In this document: piece after piece, positions 1-8,388 of the stretch
How the letters are laid out: each line of letters begins with the position of its first letter
Numbering within the stretch: the stretch's first letter is position 1
NCBI GenBank assembly: GCA_048882505.1
Contig: JBHLRO010000020.1
Span: forward strand, 32,533-64,532
Source of the DNA: Candidatus Thorarchaeota archaeon
Lineage (GTDB): Archaea > Asgardarchaeota > Heimdallarchaeia > Hodarchaeales > Hodarchaeaceae
Direction of reading: 5' to 3'
Length of the DNA stretch: 32,000 nucleotides
The notes under the pieces: generated by a model
What the model was told of the DNA's origin: nothing
The model's database searches: none
What the model saw: the letters and a program-made list of their open reading frames with translations, nothing else
Program-made: the position numbers and the translations under genes

Positions 1-1
1 C

Positions 2-592
2 TTTTAAATACGTTAAGCGCATATCCTGTTTTGCATCATAATGACATCCCACTCCACAATATCCACAACCGATGCAATTAACGGAATTGTTCCAAGTTCC
101 GGAGCCCTTAATACCCAATTTCTTAGTCCCATCGAGAATGATTCTGTTTTGTGGGTTGTGGTCGTCATCTGGGATTTTATGAACGCTCAATCGTTTCTCT
201 ACAGCCTTGAAATGGGTCTCCATCTTTTCAGGGGTATAGTCTTCCAACCCGAATTCGTCCGCCCACTGATTTAACACGAAAAAGGGGGTACGTAAACAGG
301 TCATCCAATTGACTGTCGTCGAACCACCCAGACATCGCCCTTGAAAGATTCGGACCGAGCCATCATCAGTGCTCTGGCCGGCTTGAATTTGATATAATTT
401 TCTTAGAGACTCCCGCTCATTTTGTGTAAAATCCTCTCGAGTTACTTTGGGTCCTCTTTCGAGCATTATGATGGAATACTTATCAGCAAGTTTGGCTGCA
501 GAGATAGCACCGCCTGCGCCAGACCCAATGATGCATATATCAGCTTCTAGAGACGATTCATCGTTCTGAATGGTGGTGGGATCATAAATCAT
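2..592 (-). CDS. GMC-family flavoprotein oxidoreductase, long-chain fatty alcohol oxidase-like; N-terminal 197 aa only, runs off the left edge (absent from the ORF track)
   Basis: Manual translation from ATG at 592: MIYDPTTIQNDESSLEADICIIGSGAGGAISAAKLADKYSIIMLERG... has the FAD-binding GxGxxG motif, the GMC signature GRCLGGSTTVNWM and the Cys cluster CIGCGYCGVGC. No stop before the window edge. AAGGA lies upstream of the ATG. Confidence 0.92.
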   Translation of the reverse strand, partial: MIYDPTTIQNDESSLEADICIIGSGAGGAISAAKLADKYSIIMLERGPKVTREDFTQNERESLRKLYQIQAGQSTDDGSVRIFQGRCLGGSTTVNWMTCLRTPFFVLNQWADEFGLEDYTPEKMETHFKAVEKRLSVHKIPDDDHNPQNRIILDGTKKLGIKGSGTWNNSVNCIGCGYCGVGCHYDAKQDMRLTYLK

Positions 593-620
593 GTCAGTAA
601 TTCCTTTTAAATTGTAATAG

Positions 621-1085
621 TTACCTAGATTTCCACGCTTCTTTCCCATGGAGGAGGGTGGGGGTCTCATGCTCGCGTCCAATAGTTTTTCCTGGAAAAT
701 CCGCAAATGCACTCTCATGCGAATAATATCCCCAGGCACAAATGCTTTTTAACCCAGTAAAGGCAGATCTGATCATAGGAAGGCGACTGCATGCAAAATT
801 AATGACATACTTCGTCTTTTGGTCGATCTCCATGTTTGTAAAGTTTTTCAGCCGTCCAATGAAGAGGAGTCCCATAATTTTCATATTAAAAATTCTAAAA
901 ATTAATTTATACTCGTTTCTCAACCATTCAGGTGAATTGTATAAGTAATCATCAATTTCTGGAAGAAATCCACTCCCCAATTGGTCAATCGGAACCCCGA
1001 GAATTGTTTCAGCGGCCTGTTCCAAAATGATACCTTCATGGTGAGAAAGATATTGGAAATCACCGCGTTCCCGTATATTTTCCAT
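621..1085 (-). CDS. Helical partner protein of the GMC oxidoreductase (gluconate 2-dehydrogenase subunit-3-like)
   Basis: Ends 28 bp upstream of the GMC gene on the same strand. Motifs EIDDYL, FTNME..QK and SRLPMIRSAFTGLKSICAWGYYS resemble that family. Start ATG 1085 (GAGG upstream) preferred over 1118. Confidence 0.7.
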   Translation of the reverse strand: MENIRERGDFQYLSHHEGIILEQAAETILGVPIDQLGSGFLPEIDDYLYNSPEWLRNEYKLIFRIFNMKIMGLLFIGRLKNFTNMEIDQKTKYVINFACSRLPMIRSAFTGLKSICAWGYYSHESAFADFPGKTIGREHETPTLLHGKEAWKSR

Positions 1086-1540
1086 GTTCAAGCCTCGTAG
1101 GACTGAATAACATGCCATTCCTTATATCTATTTCTGACCTTCAGAGTCAAGCGTGTTCTTAACTCGGCCGATAGCTTTGACAAGCTACCATTCATCGTAT
1201 GTGGACTTTCGTCAGACTGGATGAGGATTCTGGGCCACCGAAGGATATATGAAGGAGCGAGGGGAGAGCCGCTCCATTTAATATCTGTATACTACATTTC
1301 TCGTTGACTAGATCGATATAAGAAAGTCATCAATACGAGTAGAGGAAAGATTAATCTCTTGTGGGAAGCTTTTTATCTTTCAAGAATATGGTAGAAACGA
1401 ACTAATGTGAGAATGACGGTATTTATCATGAGCCAAAGGCCACCGAAGCCCAAAGAAGGTAAATTTTTCGCTTTTCAGAGGCCTGAAGTGGCATCCCACA
1501 TTATTAATACAAGGCTGCGGACATTACCATCTGCAGCCAG

Positions 1541-2767
1541 TTAATGGAACTCAGTTACAGTAATAATCTTTTTTTGTGGGGGGACGAGAAACCGACATCC
1601 GTCCTTTGTGATCACCACATTCTCTTCCAACGAGACGGTTCCATAGTGTTGAGTTTTCACATTAAGTTCGAGGGTAAACACGTTTCCTTCCTTGACCACC
1701 CCTTTCGGAGTATCGCCATATCTTTCCCATAGGGGGCCCAGAATCAGTCCCCCATCATGGACGTGTCGTCCCACCTGATGCCCGAGCGCATGTGCATATT
1801 CCTCATATCCTTGCGATTTGACAAATTCGCGAGCAATTTGATCTACAGCATAACCCGTCATCCCAGGTTTAATGGCGTCCGCGGCTTTAAGAATAGCCTG
1901 TCTCACGGTTTCAAAAGCATGCAAGAGTTCCTTAGGAATCTCAGCTTCAGTACCGAAAAACCACATTCTCTGGATATCCGAGCAATACCCCTGAAACTTC
2001 ACGCCAAAATCATTGTGTAAGGTATGTCCGTGTTTGGTAAACGAATCCGCAGAAGGGCCAATATGTCCAAATTCCTTATCGGGTCCGGCATCAATCGCTG
2101 GGCAGCTTTCTTTTTGCCAGGCTTCCTTAACCCCAAACTTTTGCATTCCTTGACGGAACAACTGCTGGATATCAACCTCTGACATCCCCGGACTAAGCTG
2201 AGACGAGACCTGTCGATTGATTTCTTCAGTGATTTCACATGCTCGGGTGATCAGATCCAGTTCGGTTTGGGTTTTTCGACCTTGGATCGCCCGAACAATC
2301 GGTTCTGCGGAGGTGAAGCAGTCGGTTTTGTCTGCCAAGATCTCGGACAGTTTTAGGTAAAGCCCGTGGGATAAGCCATCTGCTGAAATTTCATCAACTG
2401 CATAATTGAGAGCGATCTTCTTGGGATTGATTGCCCCAATAAGGTCAGTAAGAGAGCCGGAAATACCCTCTTTGTAGGGGATAACTTTGTTCCAGATGCC
2501 TTTTTGTTGTTCATGAGGAGCGTCAAAATTGCCAACAATCGCTGTTTTTGAAAATGTTTCACCCTTCGTATAAAAAACGAATGCGGATATCCAGACCACG
2601 TCATTGCCCACGATAAGATCCATGACAGGATCAGGATTAACAGAGGTTTCACGTACAAAGACCAACCAACAATCTATGGCGTTCTCCTTCAAGATGAAAG
2701 GTAACAGAGCATGTTTTTCCCGGATAATCTGCATGCGGGTTTCAATTGGTATTTCTGCGTTTGACAT
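1541..2767 (-). CDS. M24 family Xaa-Pro aminopeptidase/dipeptidase
   Basis: Metal-ligand pattern DFG...YCSDIQR, HALGHQVGRHVHDG, TLELNV, SLEENVV, plus an N-terminal creatinase-like domain. Confidence 0.95.
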   Translation of the reverse strand: MSNAEIPIETRMQIIREKHALLPFILKENAIDCWLVFVRETSVNPDPVMDLIVGNDVVWISAFVFYTKGETFSKTAIVGNFDAPHEQQKGIWNKVIPYKEGISGSLTDLIGAINPKKIALNYAVDEISADGLSHGLYLKLSEILADKTDCFTSAEPIVRAIQGRKTQTELDLITRACEITEEINRQVSSQLSPGMSEVDIQQLFRQGMQKFGVKEAWQKESCPAIDAGPDKEFGHIGPSADSFTKHGHTLHNDFGVKFQGYCSDIQRMWFFGTEAEIPKELLHAFETVRQAILKAADAIKPGMTGYAVDQIAREFVKSQGYEEYAHALGHQVGRHVHDGGLILGPLWERYGDTPKGVVKEGNVFTLELNVKTQHYGTVSLEENVVITKDGCRFLVPPQKKIITVTEFH

Positions 2768-2955
2768 AGGGATACCTCGCCAGTTGAAGTCGGAAGAGAT
2801 AAAGTGATTGAAAAAGTCTCTCCCCTGGTGAAGTTTTAAAAACTTGATATCATCCCTTTGATCGAACTTCCCCCTGTTTCAGCTCGGATGATTCGTCTAA
2901 TCAAGGACGGCCAACTAACCCGAGGCTGGCCTTCAGAAAAACTCTAGGAGTTCAA

Positions 2956-2969
2956 GCATTATATAATGC
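2956..2969. promoter_or_regulatory. Perfect 14-bp palindrome GCATTATATAATGC in a divergent intergenic region
   Basis: Seen directly between the divergent M24 and MBL genes; it contains a TATA-like core on both strands. Function is inferred. Confidence 0.4.
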
Positions 2970-3083
2970 AAGAATAATTTACGTACCCTGGGTACATGCT
3001 TTTTACAGTTTAACCAATGTTTAATGTGTAATTGACTGCAGGAAGAAATTTGTTTATTAGACAGCGAGGGCCTTCATTTTCGC

Positions 3084-3860
3084 ATGAGTTTTGTTAAAGA
3101 AAATCTGAAAGTTATTGCAATAATTGGAACGATTGTAGTGGCCTCGGGAGTGGTGATCACCGCCATAGTTCTCAATCCCCCTAATGCTCCAACGGGTAGA
3201 ATCACAGTCACCTTGTTGTATAATGCGGGAGTAATGATCGAAGTAGAAGCCACCAGGATCTATATTGATCCTTATGATTTACCATCCAGTTATTCAAATT
3301 ATCCAGCGGATTTTATTCTTATCACCCACGATCATGGGGATCATTATGATCCTTCTTCGATTGATATCATTAAAACCGAGACCACAAAATTGTTTGTGCC
3401 GGCCATTATGAGCCAAGAGGCAGCCCAATATGCGGTGGAGTCAGTTCAACCAGAAGATACGGTTGTTTGCGACGATTTTAATGTGAGCTGTTTCTATATG
3501 TACACGATGCCAGGATCTGCCGAATCGAGTCATCCTCAAGAGAGTAATTACGTCAGTTATATTATTGAGCTGGACGGCTTTACTATGTTCCACGCTGGGG
3601 ATTCCTGGAATATCGATGAGTATTCACAATTGAATGGGAAGATGGATCTCGCTTTTCTACCGCTCGGACCGGGATGTCAGACTATGACCGAAATCGATGT
3701 AGTAAGGGCAGTAGAGACGATTGAACCCAGCTACTTCATCCCGATCCATTTCACTGCGGATGCGAAGCAGCTCTTCGTGGATCTCTATAGGGCAAACGTC
3801 GAGGCCTGCGGGTGTCAATTGATTAATCTCGATTATTACGGGGCCTATGGATTTAATTGA
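3084..3860 (+). CDS. Membrane-anchored metallo-beta-lactamase-fold hydrolase
   Basis: THDHGDH (HxHxDH), FHAGDS and PIHF motifs. N-terminal hydrophobic helix IAIIGTIVVASGVVITAIVL followed by a Pro-rich linker. Confidence 0.92.
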   Translation: MSFVKENLKVIAIIGTIVVASGVVITAIVLNPPNAPTGRITVTLLYNAGVMIEVEATRIYIDPYDLPSSYSNYPADFILITHDHGDHYDPSSIDIIKTETTKLFVPAIMSQEAAQYAVESVQPEDTVVCDDFNVSCFYMYTMPGSAESSHPQESNYVSYIIELDGFTMFHAGDSWNIDEYSQLNGKMDLAFLPLGPGCQTMTEIDVVRAVETIEPSYFIPIHFTADAKQLFVDLYRANVEACGCQLINLDYYGAYGFN

Positions 3861-4057
3861 TGCCCGAGAATTAGGTCGGGATATGAAAGATTCTGGACAT
3901 TAGCAACGGAATTGTATCAAGACTATCCGAAGTATAAACAACGAACTAACACCAGGTTCCTTCCGATCATTGTTCCTATCCAGGTTCGGGAGTCATCCAA
4001 AAAATATCGGCATCCTACTTTATCTCGGAAACCATACCTGAAAACTAAGGAGCCTAG

Positions 4058-4504
4058 CTAACTGGCCTTGCAGACCATATGAAAATGTGTTTTCGATTCA
4101 CCAACCAACTGGAATCCTAACGCGGCGTAGAGCTTTTGAGCTCTGTGGTTTGTTCGGAGCACCTGGAGTTCAACATTTTTCCGAGAGTCTCGTCCCCGCA
4201 AAATCAGATCTAAAATGAGGCGCCTGCCTATCCCTTGACTTTGATATTCGGGAACTATTTCAATAACCTCCAAAAAAATCCTTTGCGAATCTTCAGAAAC
4301 GGAAAGACAACCTATATCTTTATCGTCATCTTGAATAATCGAGAGCTTGGAGGGATCGAAATTTCGTTGATGATAAGCATATTGGAATTCTTCATCCCAG
4401 CCCCAGGTAGCTTCAATATATTCTTTCAAAGTTTTTTTCTTGAGAAGATAAAGAAAAGCGAAATCAGTGGGCAATGCGGGCCGTAATTTTATCATAAACT
4501 CCAA
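4058..4504 (-). CDS. GNAT family N-acetyltransferase
   Basis: Motif A PEYQSQGIGRRLI and motif B NHRAQKLYAALGF. Confidence 0.93.
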   Translation of the reverse strand: MEFMIKLRPALPTDFAFLYLLKKKTLKEYIEATWGWDEEFQYAYHQRNFDPSKLSIIQDDDKDIGCLSVSEDSQRIFLEVIEIVPEYQSQGIGRRLILDLILRGRDSRKNVELQVLRTNHRAQKLYAALGFQLVGESKTHFHMVCKAS

Positions 4505-4630
4505 CTTACCATTTCTTTTCTATGCTGAGCAAACATAAAGTGAGGATAAAATTGGGGAGGATTCAAATATCATTTTTTATAACAGATGATCAAAACACCC
4601 CCACACAAAGAGATTCTAGCAGGTGATGAT

Positions 4631-5170
4631 ATGGGAGAGTATCAGGACAAAATCAAAAAGCATTTCTGGATGATGGTATGTGATAAGATTGGTGAGGTCG
4701 GCGATGTGGAGACTTATAGGGAAACGTATGAACCAATATTTCAGATAAGACCAGATAAGGCAATGAAACTAGTTGAGGCTCAGTTTTGGTCGAAATTCTA
4801 TAATTCGATAAAGGAAATACAAGACCCCGATGAATTGAGATCCCAATTGGAACCAGCAGTCCAAATTGAAGGGCGGCGGGTCAAAGACCATATCTGGAGT
4901 TTATTAAGTTTCTCTCTAAGTAAAAAGGATGATAAAGATACCTTCAGAGAAGTTTTAGAACCATTGATCAAAATAAACTACAAAGAAGCGGTCATTTTGG
5001 TTGAAGATCACTTATGGAAAACACTTTATAGCGTAACAAAAAAATTAAAGGATCCAAAAGAATTAGGGGCGCAATTAGAACCAATCCTTAAAATTGATAT
5101 TAAACGTGCTGCAAACGCGATAAAAGAAGAGAATCCAGAAAAGTATAAGTTCCTACAGATCTACAAGTAG
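4631..5170 (+). CDS. Hypothetical all-alpha protein built of four 36-40-aa repeats
   Basis: W-x11-D-x8-EP-x3-I occurs four times (Trp codons at 4667, 4787, 4895, 5015). AGGTGA at 4621-4626 favours ATG 4631 over 4586. Confidence 0.8.
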   Translation: MGEYQDKIKKHFWMMVCDKIGEVGDVETYRETYEPIFQIRPDKAMKLVEAQFWSKFYNSIKEIQDPDELRSQLEPAVQIEGRRVKDHIWSLLSFSLSKKDDKDTFREVLEPLIKINYKEAVILVEDHLWKTLYSVTKKLKDPKELGAQLEPILKIDIKRAANAIKEENPEKYKFLQIYK

Positions 5171-5432
5171 GCTAAGGAAACATTAAGAAGGGAGACTAGG
5201 GCTGGCCTGCTGTTAGTTTTAATGGGAAGCAGGAATGCGTAAACTGGACGGAATGCCAGGACGCAATCTATGGCATGTGATCGGAAAATTGTCTCATTTT
5301 AGATCTTCACACCGTATAAAATGTCTGTAAACCCGTTAAGGTATGTCCTGTATTGATTTTGAAGTCGGAGGAACGGGGACCTGTTCGGTATTGAAAAAAT
5401 TTAATAAAAATAAACACCGTGATTTAAAATAG

Positions 5433-6020
5433 ATGAGACTTACCGTGTCTCAGCCCGCCTTTTCCCCTCAGATTTGGAAAAAATTGGGAAAATTTGAACG
5501 AACTAGTTTCGTTCTTACAATCATTTTCCTATTCAATGGAATACTATTTTTTGTAATAATGATTACCACGGGATTTCCAATAATTCAACACGAGATCGGT
5601 ACCACCGAAACGTTCGCCTACTCTGTAGGATTAGAAGAAGAACATTATTATCGATTTTTTCTAAAAACAAATTCAAAAAGAGACATACGTGTATGGTGTA
5701 CGTTATTAACCGAAGATAACATTGAAGTCATCTCGGAATACCTCAGTAACTATCCCTCACTGTCCTCCCCATTCACTAGTCGCCGCCACGATAAAAGTCT
5801 GTCATTTTTTGTTCCTCAATCAGGCAATTTTACCATGAGAATACACATTGCCAGCGAAACAGATAACCCTGCCTGGATTATTTTAGAAGAGGCCCCTGTT
5901 GTTCTCTTGGGTTTTCCAGATGATCATGTATCCATATTAAGTTTTATAGGGTCATTCGTTATGTTCCTCCTCTTCATTCTAGGGATTTTATCTAATAGAA
6001 AGAAGTTGAATCAGGTTTAG
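5433..6020 (+). CDS. Hypothetical membrane protein: two TM helices flanking a beta-rich soluble domain
   Basis: Hydrophobic segments SFVLTIIFLFNGILFFVIMI and SILSFIGSFVMFLLFILGIL with a basic tail; alternating beta-strand pattern between them. Confidence 0.75.
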   Translation: MRLTVSQPAFSPQIWKKLGKFERTSFVLTIIFLFNGILFFVIMITTGFPIIQHEIGTTETFAYSVGLEEEHYYRFFLKTNSKRDIRVWCTLLTEDNIEVISEYLSNYPSLSSPFTSRRHDKSLSFFVPQSGNFTMRIHIASETDNPAWIILEEAPVVLLGFPDDHVSILSFIGSFVMFLLFILGILSNRKKLNQV

Positions 6021-6153
6021 TGGTTATGCGGGGAAATGATATCTAAAGGTGAAGGGATTTTCATACCGTCTTTGGTTGAAAAGAAGAAACCAATCATGAA
6101 ACAAAGTTTGGAGGAGGAAGATTTTACAAGTATTCTAACGTGAAAACGCCTAT

Positions 6154-7167
6154 TCACTCTATACTGATCACTATGCGTCCTTTTGCATGCCCAGTTTCGT
6201 AGTGTCGATGGGCCTCTGCAGTTTGGCTAAGCGAATACACCGTATCAATGACTGGCATAACTTTGCCAGCCTCAATCCAGTCTCGCAGTAACTCCAAAGC
6301 CTCTGCACTCTCATCAGCCATACATGATTTTAATTTCTTTTTCCGAAATGGGTTGGTCATCAAATTTAAAAGCGTTCTTGGGCTAGTCATCGGATTATTA
6401 GTAACGTAGACTCCCTCATCCGTGAGAATATTCTTGCACTTCGAGAGGGTATTTGCCCCTATAGCATCGAAAATGATATCATATTGCTGGCCATTCTTGG
6501 AATAATCCTCTTGGGTATAATCTATCGCAAAATCGGCGCCAATCGACTTTACCATGTCGAGATTCGTGGGCCCACATACCGCGGTGACTTCAGCGCCATA
6601 GACATGCTTGGCGATTTGGACTCCAAAGGTGCCGATGCCGCCCGAAGCACCAATTATCAGAACTTTTTGGCCTTTCTCAGGTCGAGCTACGTCGCGAAAT
6701 GCTGCAAGGGCAGGAGAAGCTCCACCAGGTACCGCCGAGGCCTCGTGAAAACTCAAATTTACAGGTTTTTGTGCCAACTTATCCGCAGGGACAGTCAAAT
6801 ATTCCGCACAAGCGGCCTCATAATATCCATAGACCGTGTCGCCCACTTGCCAATCTTCGACGTCTTTCCCGAGCTTTTCGATTTTACCCGCAAACCCACA
6901 CCCTAAAATTCTCTGTTTGGGCCTTCTGAGACCTCCATAAGAAAATCGTAACAGTAAGCCTATCAGCTGCCTCGCCCCGCCGAAGATCGCTTGTGGTGCT
7001 TTTCCCCCACGAGTACTGACATCTATCGTGTTGATTGATGATCCATAATTTCGGATTAAAACCTCGTTATTATTGGGTTGGGGTGTTTCTAATTCGGCGA
7101 GTTCCAGAATCTCGGGCGGGCCATATTTGGGACATATAGCTGCTTTCATTTTACCTGCATCTTCCAT
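6154..7167 (-). CDS. MDR superfamily NAD(P)-dependent oxidoreductase (zinc-free quinone oxidoreductase/ADH-like)
   Basis: MKAAICPKYGPPEIL start, GASGGIG nucleotide-binding motif, GHAKGRIVI end; catalytic Zn Cys ligands not evident. Start placed at ATG 7167 (or 7149), not 7509. Confidence 0.93.
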   Translation of the reverse strand: MEDAGKMKAAICPKYGPPEILELAELETPQPNNNEVLIRNYGSSINTIDVSTRGGKAPQAIFGGARQLIGLLLRFSYGGLRRPKQRILGCGFAGKIEKLGKDVEDWQVGDTVYGYYEAACAEYLTVPADKLAQKPVNLSFHEASAVPGGASPALAAFRDVARPEKGQKVLIIGASGGIGTFGVQIAKHVYGAEVTAVCGPTNLDMVKSIGADFAIDYTQEDYSKNGQQYDIIFDAIGANTLSKCKNILTDEGVYVTNNPMTSPRTLLNLMTNPFRKKKLKSCMADESAEALELLRDWIEAGKVMPVIDTVYSLSQTAEAHRHYETGHAKGRIVISIE

Positions 7168-7399
7168 TTGTCTCACTATTTCACCATAAACGTGGTCTGT
7201 TGGTATCAGAGCAGTATTAGCACCTCCGTTTTTAACGTACGCTAGGTAAAAAATTGGAATAAAAATCCAAAGAGATTCTTTTGTGGAAAGATTTGAGGTA
7301 CTAGCATCCACTTGCCTTATGGAGGGCCGATAAAACCCGATTTGACAATCCAGCAAAAAACTTGGAGAAAAAAGAAAGACTGACGCATCTGTTGAATGG

Positions 7400-7909
7400 T
7401 CAGCCATCGTGGGCATCGAGTATTGTTCCTTCAGCTTCCCAGGATCCAGTGCCCAAATTGAGAACAAACGTTGCTTTGAGATGCATCCCCTCATACATGC
7501 CGTTGCCATGACAGTTAAGTTGTCCCGAAATCGAGAGATAATTCCGGATTTTCAGAACCAAAATACCCTCAAACCAATCCGATGCTGTTCCAATTGTGAA
7601 GGTCCCCCAGCCATTGCCATTTACATAATGGCCCGCAGCGTCAATTTCTGCGTTCAAATTGCCTAGATATCTGGTGGATCCTTCTAGGTCACCCCATGCC
7701 ATACCGTTGTGATCTGCCTTTCGAGCATGCAAAATACCTTCAGAAATCCATTTTTTTTCATCAGGATGTCCTCCAGGAATATATACCAAACTAAATGAGA
7801 ACGATATGGGTGTTTGGCTCGCTTTGGCTTGAACATGGGCAACTGACATAAAAAGGGAACTCCAAAAGACTAGCAGCCCAACTAATGCCGCCTTTTGCTG
7901 TAATTTCAT
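7400..7909 (-). CDS. Secreted hypothetical all-beta protein
   Basis: Signal peptide MKLQQKAALVGLLVFWSSLFMSVAHVQA; GAGGTGA at 7918-7924 supports ATG 7909. Mature part is Gly-rich with amphipathic beta-strands. Confidence 0.8.
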   Translation of the reverse strand: MKLQQKAALVGLLVFWSSLFMSVAHVQAKASQTPISFSFSLVYIPGGHPDEKKWISEGILHARKADHNGMAWGDLEGSTRYLGNLNAEIDAAGHYVNGNGWGTFTIGTASDWFEGILVLKIRNYLSISGQLNCHGNGMYEGMHLKATFVLNLGTGSWEAEGTILDAHDG

Positions 7910-8388
7910 AGGTCTAATCACCTCGTACTAACTCACGGTTTCACCCCTTATGACGAATTAGAGGGTGTGAACCCCTCTCCTGACTTTACCACGAATTCTA
8001 ATAGAGTTTTTTCCCTCTTTTACATCTTTATACAGAAGAAAGTGATTTTTTCTATACTATCGTGGCCGTCCATGCTTTTTTGGCTCGAACGACATGTGAG
8101 AGAGACTCCCGATTTATACTTAGAGTGTAGCAGATCACGGAAAAAGGGACAGCCCTTGTGTCAGATCTCGCATTATGCGATTCTGGATGGTCTTGAGAAA
8201 TTCTTATGGTTTATTATCAGGTACTCCCTTTATGGGGGCTGTTCTAATAAGGTTAGATATAAAAAGTTAAGTACCGGAATGGTTTCCTCGATGGGTTACG
8301 GAAAACTGCAGCCAGCGACTTTAACCGAATTTTATGTCGAATAGCTGAAAAGAAGGGACTTTTTCTGATCAAAAAAATTCCAACTTCA

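Noticed and set aside
7168-7509. 114-codon N-terminal extension of the MDR ORF in the ORF track
   Set aside because: It is not protein-like, overlaps the end of the 7400-7909 gene in another frame, and family similarity begins at MKAA; SD-like GGTGA/AGTGAG lie just before 7167.
7967-8344. 125-aa ORF upstream of the S8 protease
   Set aside because: It lies in a divergent promoter region and has no protein-like features.
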